A stretch of 64,000 bases of DNA from Candidatus Vogelbacteria bacterium (GTDB lineage: Bacteria; Patescibacteriota; Minisyncoccia; Phycocordibacterales; XYD1-FULL-46-19), in contig CAIPHT010000006.1 of the NCBI GenBank assembly GCA_903864935.1, positions 37,129 to 101,128 on the forward strand, in the 5' to 3' direction. The translations under genes and the position numbers were made by a program. Shown one piece after another: positions 41,639-50,718 of the stretch. How positions within the stretch are numbered: position 1 is the first letter of the stretch; each line of letters opens with the position of its first letter. The notes beneath the pieces were generated by a model. It was not told where the DNA came from. It ran no database searches and saw only the letters and a program-made list of their open reading frames with translations.

Positions 41639-41815
41639 TCAGAGCTGGGACGCGGCGACCGCTACCTCCTGGGCAACGGGCGTTTGGTTCCTCGGCGTGT
41701 GCGTCGGTCCGGGGGACCCACCACAGCTTTGCAGGCAACAGCCCGCTTCCACCGGCTCGGGGTTCGCCCCCTTGCAGGTGACTTCCGGCTTCTGGTACTG
41801 CTTGTGCTTGTCCAT
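41639..41815 (-). CDS. Candidate RiPP precursor peptide, 58 aa: MDKHKQYQKPEVTCKGANPEPVEAGCCLQSCGGSPGPTHTPRNQTPVAQEVAVAASQL.
   Basis: Manually translated minus-strand ORF, absent from the ORF track. SD aaaggag 10 nt upstream. It ends 78 nt before the rSAM start. It has four Cys and is Gly/Pro/Thr rich. Confidence 0.4.
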   Translation of the reverse strand: MDKHKQYQKPEVTCKGANPEPVEAGCCLQSCGGSPGPTHTPRNQTPVAQEVAVAASQL

Positions 41816-42054
41816 AGGTATCTCACTCCTTTCAAAGGACAGTTGTGACCCAAAACAATATTGGGTACATCTATTTTTACGCTACCATAATTTTTATATC
41901 TTGTAAACAGGCCCTAGACTATAATACTATTTAGTTTTATAGTATTTACATTACCATCATTTAGAGTAGAATCACTTTAGAGTGTTCTTCGTAAATGCTA
42001 TAATTCTAAGCACTTAACCCCCCATAAACCATGGGAGAAAGGAGATAGACGGCC

Positions 42055-43734
42055 ATGTTAAAAGTCAAGAACATCAGCAAAAGCTACGGTACTAAAGTCG
42101 TTTTCTCCGACGTCTCCTTTGGTTTGGAGAAGGGTCAAAGAGCGGCTTTGGTTGGTAGCAACGGAGTGGGGAAAACAACCCTACTCAAGATTGTCGCGGG
42201 GCTAGACGAAACAGAGACGGGCCAAGTAGAAATTAGCCGGGGCACCTGCCTGGGCTATATGCCTCAAGATACCAGCCTGACTGGACCTGAGACAATTTGG
42301 CAATATCTGCAACGAGTGACCGGCATCGCTTCGCTTGAAAAAGAGCTGGGCGAACTGGAAGCGGCTGACCTAAGCGACAAAACGATGAGCGATCGTTACG
42401 CCAGTGTCCGCGAGCGTTATGACCATCTTGATGGCTACACGCTCAAGCATCGAGCCGAAGTGATGATGTCTGGTTTCAGTATGGACGATGTTGGGCTGGA
42501 TCGGCCGTTATCCGATCTGTCCAGTGGCCAAAAGAGCAAAGTTGCTCTGATTGGCATCCTGCTGGCCGGTATTGATCTACTTCTGCTTGATGAGCCGACG
42601 AATAACTTGGATTTACCGGCCCTGATCTGGCTGGAAGATTACCTGTTGAAGTCTGAAGCGGCGTGCATCATTGTCTCGCACGATCGACGTTTTCTTGACA
42701 GAGTTGCCGACCGAGTCTTTGAGTTGAATCGACAGACCCACTCGCTCAATGTGAGCAACGGGTCATACAGCGAGTACCTTGCCCGTAAGCTGAAAGATCG
42801 GGTCCAGCAGAAAGAGCAGTATCGTCAACAACAGGAAGAGATCGGGCGCTTGACCGAACAGGCGAGAGAGAAGAAAGCCTCCGCCTTGCGTGGTTCGAGT
42901 TGGCAAGGAAGTGACAGTGACAAGTACCTTCGGGGATTTAAACGAGACCGAGCCTCAAAGTCAGGGAAGGTTGCCAAAGTTCTTGAGAAGAGGATTGATC
43001 AAATGGACAAGATCGATCGACCAATCGAACGTGAGCCACTCTCCATCTCACTTGAGGCTGAGAGCAATGGTCGTCCTCTGGATATCTCGCTCGACAATGT
43101 CGTCACTGGGTACCCTGGCCAATTTGAGTTAGGACCAATAAGCTTTGCTATTGGTTATGGCAATCGCATTGGGTTCCTCGGCCTTAACGGCAGTGGCAAG
43201 TCAACGCTCCTGAAAACAATCACTGGTCAACTTCCCGCCATCTCGGGCCAAGTGTCCCTTGGCTATGGTCTCAAGATTGGCAATATGATGCAGGAGCACG
43301 AGACTCTTCCTCGCGAAGAGACTCTGCTCAACTTCATCAAAGATCAAACTGGCCAACCTGACCAAGACGTCTTCTCTACCCTCGTGAAGTTTGGTTTCGG
43401 AGAGAAAGACATTCGGGGCAAGATCTCCGAGATCAGTCCCGGTGGTCGCGCTCGTCTTCTGCTGAGCTTGTTTTCCCTGCTGTCCGTTAACGCTCTGGTC
43501 CTCGATGAGCCCACCAATCATCTTGATGCCGAAGCAGTGGACGCGTTGGAAGAAGTCTTGGCCAGCTACAAGGGAACCGTGATTCTGGTCTCTCATGATC
43601 GTGATTTCCTTGAGAAAGCCAAGATCGACTCTGCCTACCTCATTACCGACGGACAATTGACCAAGGTGGACGACTTCCACGAATATGTCACCATGGCTGA
43701 ACAGAAAGCGAGAAAATTGCTTAGAACTATTTAA
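42055..43734 (+). CDS. ABC-F family ATPase: two ABC cassettes and no TM domain.
   Basis: Two Walker A motifs (GSNGVGKTT; GLNGSGKST), two signature motifs (LSSGQKSK; ISPGGRAR), and an inter-domain linker. 559 aa. Confidence 0.8.
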   Translation: MLKVKNISKSYGTKVVFSDVSFGLEKGQRAALVGSNGVGKTTLLKIVAGLDETETGQVEISRGTCLGYMPQDTSLTGPETIWQYLQRVTGIASLEKELGELEAADLSDKTMSDRYASVRERYDHLDGYTLKHRAEVMMSGFSMDDVGLDRPLSDLSSGQKSKVALIGILLAGIDLLLLDEPTNNLDLPALIWLEDYLLKSEAACIIVSHDRRFLDRVADRVFELNRQTHSLNVSNGSYSEYLARKLKDRVQQKEQYRQQQEEIGRLTEQAREKKASALRGSSWQGSDSDKYLRGFKRDRASKSGKVAKVLEKRIDQMDKIDRPIEREPLSISLEAESNGRPLDISLDNVVTGYPGQFELGPISFAIGYGNRIGFLGLNGSGKSTLLKTITGQLPAISGQVSLGYGLKIGNMMQEHETLPREETLLNFIKDQTGQPDQDVFSTLVKFGFGEKDIRGKISEISPGGRARLLLSLFSLLSVNALVLDEPTNHLDAEAVDALEEVLASYKGTVILVSHDRDFLEKAKIDSAYLITDGQLTKVDDFHEYVTMAEQKARKLLRTI

Positions 43735-43819
43735 CATGGGGTCGACTAGATTTTTTCTAGTCGGCCCTTTTGCAATTCACTCTTTTACTCCAAACCTTTT
43801 ATTGGTATAATAATTATCA

Positions 43820-44377
43820 ATGGGTGCAAAGTTTAAAATTCAAGACACAGGTAAGTACGGTTTAGGAGTTTTTGCTGATGAAGATATTAAAAAAGGGGAG
43901 ACGATAAAAGTTTTTGATGGTGAAGTAATTGATTTTGCCGAGACCGAGGAGAGAATAAAAGAGGGGAGCGAGAACAGAACAGATACCTTTCAGGTCGGTT
44001 TAGAATTAGATATGGACCTCGATGAAGAATCTCGATCATTCAACCATAGTTGCAACCCTAATGCCGGATTCAGAGGAATAAGCGAACTTATCGCCATTAG
44101 GGATATCAAGAAGGGCGAAGAGATGACTTATGATTACTCGGCCACAGTTGGCCCAAACGTCCCCGCTTCTCTCTGGGAGATGTCTTGTGATTGCGGAGCA
44201 ACCAATTGCCGTAAGATTATTGGCAATGTCCTCACTATCCCCAAAGAACAACTTAATAAATACCGTCAAGCCGGAGCACTCCAAGACTACATACTAAAAG
44301 AACTCGATATTATAGAAAAAAATAACGGGATTTCCCCTAAATACAAACCAATCCCAGGTCACGAAGAATTATCATAA
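43820..44377 (+). CDS. SET-domain protein (putative lysine methyltransferase).
   Basis: NHSCNPN, GEEMTYDY, and post-SET C.C....C. Confidence 0.65.
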   Translation: MGAKFKIQDTGKYGLGVFADEDIKKGETIKVFDGEVIDFAETEERIKEGSENRTDTFQVGLELDMDLDEESRSFNHSCNPNAGFRGISELIAIRDIKKGEEMTYDYSATVGPNVPASLWEMSCDCGATNCRKIIGNVLTIPKEQLNKYRQAGALQDYILKELDIIEKNNGISPKYKPIPGHEELS

Positions 44378-44392
44378 TCAACAAATATTATC

Positions 44393-46162
44393 GTGAGTGA
44401 AAATCTAGTTACAAATATTGGGCATTGTCTAACTTCAGCTTCCGAAATGGTTGGGGGCAACATGAGTCTTGTTTATTATTCTCATATCCCCACCGCTATC
44501 ATTACACTACTAATGGGCTTTTTTGTTCTCCGAGCCGGCAAAAACAGTTTGTCTTCGAAAATTTTGTTTGCTTTTTGCTTAACTTTCTCGATTTATATTT
44601 TTGCCAATCTTATGTCGTGGATTGGGACAAGTAGTGTCTGGATTACTTTCTTCTGGTCACTTCTCGGCTTAACGGATATCCTCTTTTATCTTCTTGGATT
44701 ATACTTTTTCTATGTCTTCGTTGACGGCAAAGACATCAGCTTCCGTCTCAAATTGGTCTTGGTGGCTATCTTCGTCCCATTTTTAATAATGTCCCCCACA
44801 CGCTTGAATATCCCCGGTTTTGACTATATTAATTGCACAGCCCTGGACACTAATTTCTTAAACTATTTATTTTATGCCAAGATATTCATTGCCATATGGT
44901 TGGCAATTTTAGCTATTTATAAATATTTAAAAGCCAAGAGCGAAGACCGTCAGCGCATTGTCATTCTTTCTCTCGGCCTTGGTCTCTTCTTGTTCTCTTT
45001 TTTTGCAACCAGTTATCTTTCTGATATTTATCAAAGATACGACATCGAACTCTACGGTCTCTACGCCATGACGGCCTTTATGGGTATCTTGGCTTACCTG
45101 ATTGTTAAATTTAAAGCTTTTAACATCAAGCTTATCGGCTCGCAAGCTCTCGTCTATGCCTTAATTATCCTGATTGGGTCACAATTCTTCTTTATCAAAA
45201 CAACCATCAATATGTTCCTGACCGGCATAACTTTTGTTATGGCCCTCATCTTCGGCGGACTCTTAATCCGTAGTGTGCAACGTGAAGTGACCCAGCGCGA
45301 AGAAATTGAGAAATTGGCCGAGAACTTGGCCAAATCTAACGACAGCCTCTATGTCGCTAATGAGAAATTGAAGGAACTCGATCGCCAGAAGACGGAGTTC
45401 GTCTCGATTGCTTCCCATCAACTCCGAAGCCCTCTCACCGCCATCAAGGGTTATTCGTCAATGCTCTTAGAAGGTTCTTTTGGTCCCGTTGAAGACAAGG
45501 CCAAGGGAGCGATTGATGTTATCTACCAATCTAGTCAACGTCTGATGACCGTGATCGAAGACTTCTTGAACATCACCCGTATCGAACTCGGCCGAATGAA
45601 GTATGAGTTATCCGTCTTTGACCTTGGTCAGATTGCTCAGACTGTTATTAAAAATCAGGAACCCAACGTATTAAAAAGAGGGCTTAAAATTGAATTCGTT
45701 GATGGCACTAATAATCATCAAATTTCGGCTGATAGCGGTAAAGTCACTCAGGTGGTCTCTAATATTGTTGACAATAGTATCAAATACACGCCAAGTGGCT
45801 GGATCAAGGTTAGTGTAGAAAACAGGCCGATGGGCAAAAGCAAATCTAAAGAAACAGTACGCTTAACCGTCTCAGACAGTGGGGTGGGTATCAACAAAGA
45901 AACCCTGCCCAAACTCTTCGATAAGTTTGTGCGCGCTGATGATGCGGGCAAAACAAATATCTCGGGTACAGGTCTTGGTCTCTATGTTGCCAAGCAAATT
46001 GTGGAGGGCTTAGGTGGCAAAATCTGGGCCGAATCCGAAGGCAAGGGTAAGGGTGCTCAGTTTATTGTTGAATTCCCGCGTTCGACCGGCGAAGTCACCC
46101 AATCCAAAAGCAAAATTGAGTCTTACACCAAAGCGGACCTTGATAAACTGAAGAAAAAATAG
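44393..46162 (+). CDS. Sensor histidine kinase with an N-terminal multi-TM sensor domain and no adjacent response regulator.
   Basis: At least 7 TM helices. HisKA H-box SIASHQLRSPLT. HATPase_c N, G1 and G2 boxes (NIVDNSIKYT, DSGVGI, GTGLGL). Confidence 0.8.
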   Translation: MSENLVTNIGHCLTSASEMVGGNMSLVYYSHIPTAIITLLMGFFVLRAGKNSLSSKILFAFCLTFSIYIFANLMSWIGTSSVWITFFWSLLGLTDILFYLLGLYFFYVFVDGKDISFRLKLVLVAIFVPFLIMSPTRLNIPGFDYINCTALDTNFLNYLFYAKIFIAIWLAILAIYKYLKAKSEDRQRIVILSLGLGLFLFSFFATSYLSDIYQRYDIELYGLYAMTAFMGILAYLIVKFKAFNIKLIGSQALVYALIILIGSQFFFIKTTINMFLTGITFVMALIFGGLLIRSVQREVTQREEIEKLAENLAKSNDSLYVANEKLKELDRQKTEFVSIASHQLRSPLTAIKGYSSMLLEGSFGPVEDKAKGAIDVIYQSSQRLMTVIEDFLNITRIELGRMKYELSVFDLGQIAQTVIKNQEPNVLKRGLKIEFVDGTNNHQISADSGKVTQVVSNIVDNSIKYTPSGWIKVSVENRPMGKSKSKETVRLTVSDSGVGINKETLPKLFDKFVRADDAGKTNISGTGLGLYVAKQIVEGLGGKIWAESEGKGKGAQFIVEFPRSTGEVTQSKSKIESYTKADLDKLKKK

Positions 46163-46202
46163 TCAACTTCACCTCTGGCCCCTTTTCTGTTACCATTAGA
46201 CC

Positions 46203-47207
46203 ATGACAGAAAATAACAAAAAAATCTTATTATCCGGTGTTAAGCCAACGGGCCGTCCCCATATCGGCAATTATTTTGGGGCAATGAAACAATTCGTCGA
46301 TCTCCAAGATGAGTATCAAGGCTATGTCTTTATTGCCGATCTTCACTCTCTCACTACCACTCGTGACCCCAAACAACTCAAGCAAGACACCTTAGACCTC
46401 GTCATTGATTATCTCGCGATTGGCCTCGATCCTGACAAAGTTATTTTCTATAAACAATCAGAGGTTTTAGAGCATGCCAACCTCGCTTGGATCTTCAATT
46501 GTCTAACCACTATGCCTTATCTTGCTCGCGCACATGCTTACAAGGCAGCCGAGGCCAAAAATAAGGAGGCTAACCCCGCTGACAGCGGGGTGAATGTTGG
46601 CCTCTTCGATTATCCCATCCTGATGGCGGCCGACATCCTTCTCTACGACGCCGATGTTGTACCAGTCGGGGCGGATCAGAAACAGCATGTCGAAATTGCT
46701 CGTGATACTGCCGAGAAATTTAATTATCATTATGGCGAAACTTTCAAATTGCCGGAGCCTCTTATTATGGAAGGGGTTAAGACTATTGTCGGACTCGACG
46801 GCCAAAAGATGAGTAAGAGCTACAACAATACCATCCCGCTCTTTGCCGAAGAAAAAGAATTAAAGGACTTGGTGATGAGTATTAAGACCGACTCTCTTGG
46901 GGTCGAAGATCCAAAAAATCCCGAGGAGTGCAATGTCTTTGCTTTGCACAAACTCTTCACTCCCGCCGACCAGCTCGCCGAGATTAAGAAGCGTTATGTC
47001 GAAGGGGGGATTGGGTATAAAGAATCTAAAGACTTGCTCTTCGAGAGTATTAATAATTATCTCAAACCCTTACGCGAGAAGAGAAAAGAAATTGCTAAGG
47101 ACCCCGCTCGCGTTATCGACATTCTCAAAAAAGGCGCCGAGCTCGCTCGTGGCCGTGCCCAAGCCAAAATGGCTGACGTGAATACCAAAGTGGGGATTGA
47201 TTTATAA
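46203..47207 (+). CDS. trpS: Tryptophanyl-tRNA synthetase.
   Basis: HIGH-like SGVKPTGRPHIGNYFG and KMSKS. 334 aa. Confidence 0.9.
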   Translation: MTENNKKILLSGVKPTGRPHIGNYFGAMKQFVDLQDEYQGYVFIADLHSLTTTRDPKQLKQDTLDLVIDYLAIGLDPDKVIFYKQSEVLEHANLAWIFNCLTTMPYLARAHAYKAAEAKNKEANPADSGVNVGLFDYPILMAADILLYDADVVPVGADQKQHVEIARDTAEKFNYHYGETFKLPEPLIMEGVKTIVGLDGQKMSKSYNNTIPLFAEEKELKDLVMSIKTDSLGVEDPKNPEECNVFALHKLFTPADQLAEIKKRYVEGGIGYKESKDLLFESINNYLKPLREKRKEIAKDPARVIDILKKGAELARGRAQAKMADVNTKVGIDL

Positions 47208-47208
47208 A

Positions 47209-47240
47209 TTACCAATTTAGACGACCGTCAAAATTGGTAA
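47209..47240 (+). repeat. Palindrome TTACCAATTT-agACGACCGTCa-AAATTGGTAA between convergent genes. Probably a bidirectional terminator.
   Basis: 10-bp arms. The central ACGACCGTC core is shared with other repeat families in the window. Confidence 0.5.
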
Positions 47241-47307
47241 CATTTTTTGCAATTGTAAATTTTGTTACCAATTTTTGATAACGTTTTTTAGAAAAAAGAA
47301 AGCCGCC

Positions 47308-47592
47308 CTAGCTTTCGTCAGGGCGGTTGTGGTTCATGACCTCACGGATGGTGTAACATCCGCAAACAATCAGCAACATCTGGACACAACCCAGATGGCG
47401 ACCGGTTTCCCCCACTTGCTCAGGGTTCTCAACATACTCGACAATCCCGTCAAGCAGGTAATGAGCATGAGCGAGCATGTCCCAACGGGAACAGAATTTG
47501 TCATCGAGACCTAATCGGATTTTGGGGATCTCCTCGGCCTCAAACCGCTCCCGATACAGCTCGACGACAGCTAGAATTTTCTTCTTCGTCAT
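47308..47592 (-). CDS. Hypothetical protein (94 aa).
   Basis: SD aaggaga 8 nt upstream of the ATG at 47592. The ORF-track start at 47661 is probably too long. Confidence 0.35.
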   Translation of the reverse strand: MTKKKILAVVELYRERFEAEEIPKIRLGLDDKFCSRWDMLAHAHYLLDGIVEYVENPEQVGETGRHLGCVQMLLIVCGCYTIREVMNHNRPDES

Positions 47593-47694
47593 GACTTTTC
47601 TCCTTTGTTTAAGACCCAAACCTAGCCTAATTATGCACAAATAATATTCCAAGACAAACATTTGCCAAAAGATTAATTAGTGTTATCATGTAAA

Positions 47695-47865
47695 TAAGCT
47701 CTTGAGCCGATTAACAACCGGGCGAAACCTCAAGGCAAATGAGTTACAAATCAGGGTGGCACCGCGGAATTATCCGCCCCTGGGACTAGAAGTCCTTGGG
47801 GTGTTTTCTTTGTCTCGCCGAAGTCTTACCTAGACGAAGGCGGATAATTACAAAATTATTTATTA
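47695..47865 (+). promoter_or_regulatory. T-box riboswitch leader of aspS.
   Basis: Canonical T-box sequence AGGGTGGCACCGCGG at 47753-47767, followed by an intrinsic terminator (CCCCTGGGAC...GTCCTTGGGG TGTTTTCTTTG). A short stem I (CTTGAG...CTCAAG) encloses AACAAC, a candidate AAC (Asn) specifier. Confidence 0.6.
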
Positions 47866-47877
47866 ACAAACAAATTT

Positions 47878-49209
47878 ATGATAAACAGAATAAAAATTAG
47901 TGAGTTAGGTCAGCATATTGGTGAGGAGGTGAGTATCGCCGGATGGGTCGACGTGCGTCGTGACCATGGCAAATTAATCTTCATTGATTTGCGCGATGCT
48001 TCAAGCAAAGTTCAAATGGTCGTTCTTCCCGCCCATGAAGGAGCCGTCGAGACCGCTCAGAAATTAAGACCAGAGTGGGTTATTCGCGTTACTGGTGCTG
48101 TAAACAAGCGCCCTGACAAAATGATTAAAGAAGGACAAGAAAATGGCGATGTGGAAATTGAAGTTAAAGAAATCGAAATCTTAGCCGAAGCTAAAGAGTT
48201 ACCATTTGATAAAGACAGCGAATTAAACTTCGACACTTATCTTGATTATCTTCCTCTTACCCTTCGTCGAGAGAAAGCTCGAGCGATCTTCCGTGTCCAA
48301 GCGCAAATTCTCAAATCCTTCCGCGAATTCTTAACCGGTGAAGGCTTCGTCGAATTCCAAGCCCCTAAACTTATCGGTGATGACGCCGAAGGGGGAGCGA
48401 ACTCCTTCGATGTGGAGTACTTCGGCCACACTGCTCACTTGGCTCAGAGTCCTCAACTCTATAAGCAAATCATGGTGGGCATCTTCGAGCGTGTCTTTGC
48501 CGCCGGCAACGTCTATCGCGCCGAGAAGCACAGCACCACCAGACACTTAAATGAATACACTAGTCTCGATATCGAGATAGGCTTCATTACTGACCACACA
48601 GACGTGGTAAAAATGGAAATGAGATTCCTCGCCAAAATTATGGAGGACCTCAAGGCTAATTGCGCCAAAGAATTTGCCCTCTTCGATGCCGATATTCCTA
48701 ATGTCCCGCTTGAAGTCCCGATGATGAAATTGCGCGCTGCCCAGCAGGTGATTAAAGAAGAATTCGGCGAAGATTGCTCGAGCGAACCAGACCTCGAACC
48801 CCAACACGAACGTTGGCTCTGTGAGTATTCGAAAAAGAAATTTGATTCAGATTTTATTTTCATCTCACACTTCCCAATCACCAAGCGTCCATTCTACACC
48901 ATGGAGGACCAGACTGACCCCGGTTATGCCATGGGCGGGGACTTACTTTTCCGCGGTGTTGAGATTACCACTCTCGCGCAACGTATTCACGATTACGATA
49001 TGCTCGTGGCCTCAATGGAGAAGAAAGGGCTTAACCCCGAGAAATTTAGTTATTATCTCCAAGCCTTCAAATACGGCATGCCTCCTCACGGCGGACTAGG
49101 CTTAGGTCTTGAGCGCCTCACCGCCAAGCTCCTTGGTATTGAGAATGTGAAAGAAGCAACCCTCTTCCCTCGTGACCTAAACCGCATCGACAATCTTCTC
49201 TCAAAATAG
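47878..49209 (+). CDS. aspS: Aspartyl-tRNA synthetase, archaeal/type-2 form of about 440 aa, possibly non-discriminating.
   Basis: Class IIb core (QSPQLYKQ, FRAE-like, GGLGLGLERL) and a C-terminal FPRD. That tail is AspRS type-2-like rather than the AsnRS ...FPRTPR. Confidence 0.75.
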   Translation: MINRIKISELGQHIGEEVSIAGWVDVRRDHGKLIFIDLRDASSKVQMVVLPAHEGAVETAQKLRPEWVIRVTGAVNKRPDKMIKEGQENGDVEIEVKEIEILAEAKELPFDKDSELNFDTYLDYLPLTLRREKARAIFRVQAQILKSFREFLTGEGFVEFQAPKLIGDDAEGGANSFDVEYFGHTAHLAQSPQLYKQIMVGIFERVFAAGNVYRAEKHSTTRHLNEYTSLDIEIGFITDHTDVVKMEMRFLAKIMEDLKANCAKEFALFDADIPNVPLEVPMMKLRAAQQVIKEEFGEDCSSEPDLEPQHERWLCEYSKKKFDSDFIFISHFPITKRPFYTMEDQTDPGYAMGGDLLFRGVEITTLAQRIHDYDMLVASMEKKGLNPEKFSYYLQAFKYGMPPHGGLGLGLERLTAKLLGIENVKEATLFPRDLNRIDNLLSK

Positions 49210-49458
49210 AAACATAACAAAAGCCGAGAGTTTCCTCTCAGCTTTCCGAGGCGTCACTCTCGGGTTATGACACTAAATTCGATAACGATGACGTCGCATG
49301 ACGTACTCCTTCCGCGGCTAGGCCGCTAGTGATGGCCGACCCCTGACGTAGGCAAGCGGGGTAACCCTGGCGTGGACCGCTAAAACAACCAAAAGATCAA
49401 TAATTATAGTGTAGCATACCATTAATCTTTTGTCAAGCCCATCCCAAGAAAGCCTTAT

Positions 49459-49481
49459 TTTTCGATATCCAATCTCGAAAC
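49459..49481 (+). repeat. Degenerate REP hairpin (tttcgaTATCCAATCtcgaaa). Same loop as the RAYT REPs but a variant stem.
   Basis: Loop identical to the REP family. Confidence 0.45.
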
Positions 49482-49502
49482 ATTATAAAAATGTGGACAA
49501 AA

Positions 49503-49552
49503 GAAAAACCCGCCGTGTGCCCGACACGGAAGGCTTTTCCGTGGGGCACGCG
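49503..49552 (+). terminator. Double-hairpin bidirectional terminator D3, in inverted orientation relative to D2.
   Basis: cccgccgtgtgccc-gacacggaaggcttttccgtg-gggcacgcgacggg, between convergent genes. Confidence 0.5.
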
Positions 49553-49575
49553 ACGGGAGATAAGGAGAGAAAATA

Positions 49576-49845
49576 CTAGGCAGAGAACAACTTCCTCCAA
49601 AAAGAAGAGGCGAACTCCGCCAAGACAATAGCCATAAAGACAACCGCCGTATTAATGAGAGCTGCCACCACCATGGCTACGAGGGCGGTGGCCTCATTAT
49701 TAGGCATTCCCAGACTTTGCGCCGTCAGGGCCGTCAACACATAAATAATCAGACCAGACACCATCCACACGATCAAATCCCAAGGCACATAAAACATGAC
49801 TTTCTCCTTCTCAAAAGCTTGCGAGATTAACTCGTAGCCGTTCAT
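49576..49845 (-). CDS. Small hypothetical membrane protein (89 aa, 2-3 TM helices).
   Basis: Hydrophobic helices. The start is uncertain and could extend to 49974. Confidence 0.3.
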   Translation of the reverse strand: MNGYELISQAFEKEKVMFYVPWDLIVWMVSGLIIYVLTALTAQSLGMPNNEATALVAMVVAALINTAVVFMAIVLAEFASSFWRKLFSA

Positions 49846-49957
49846 TACTCTATTCTGTTTTTTATTATACACCCATTGGAGCCTCTTGTCAAGAGCAGAA
49901 AAACAGCCCAAAAATCTGAAAAATTGGGAGAATTTGGTATAATAGAAAATAAGTTTT

Positions 49958-50686
49958 ATGGATAATGACTTCAAAGTAAAAGTAGGGGAATTCGAGGGAC
50001 CTTTGGACCTCTTGTTAAACCTGATAGAGAAGAGAAAATTGCATATCTCGCAGGTGTCTCTGGCGCAAGTGGCCGATGATTATATTGGTTATCTCAAGAG
50101 CGAAGACGATGGGCAATCAATGGAGGCGATGGCGAATTTTATTATGGTGGCCTCAACACTGATGTTGATTAAGTCGCTCGCGCTCTTGCCCGGTCTCCAA
50201 CTTAACGAAGAAGAGAAAAGTGATATCTCAAATCTCGAAGACCGGCTTAAACAATTGCAGAGAGTGAGAGAATTAAGTTTGCATGTGAAAGAGAGGTTTG
50301 GGAAGGAGGTGATTTTTACGCAAACTGAGAGAGCAAAGAAGGTTACAGTCTTCGCTCCCACTAACGAGATAATCATTCCCAACTTACTAACCGCAATCAA
50401 AGAGCTCATCAAGAATCTTCCTAAAGTTGAAGTGATTCCCGAGAAAATTATTCGGAAAGTAATTAGTCTAGAAGAAGTAATTAGTGACTTGGCTAAGCGC
50501 GTGGGGCAAGCAATGAAAATGTCTTTTAAAGACTTTGTGAAGGATAAAGCCGACAAGGTGAATATTATTGTGAGTTTCTTGGGTATGCTTGAGCTCGTTA
50601 AACAAGGTGCGATTAATATTGAGCAAAAGGCCCATTTCGAGGATATTGGGATGGAGTCAACAACGGTTGGAATTCCGCGTTATTAA
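49958..50686 (+). CDS. scpA: Segregation and condensation protein A.
   Basis: N-terminal ScpA motif (FEGPLDLLLNLIEKRKLHISQVSLAQVADDYIGYL). Confidence 0.8.
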   Translation: MDNDFKVKVGEFEGPLDLLLNLIEKRKLHISQVSLAQVADDYIGYLKSEDDGQSMEAMANFIMVASTLMLIKSLALLPGLQLNEEEKSDISNLEDRLKQLQRVRELSLHVKERFGKEVIFTQTERAKKVTVFAPTNEIIIPNLLTAIKELIKNLPKVEVIPEKIIRKVISLEEVISDLAKRVGQAMKMSFKDFVKDKADKVNIIVSFLGMLELVKQGAINIEQKAHFEDIGMESTTVGIPRY

Positions 50687-50718
50687 ATTATTTAAAAATA
50701 TTATTAATTTTTGTTGAT

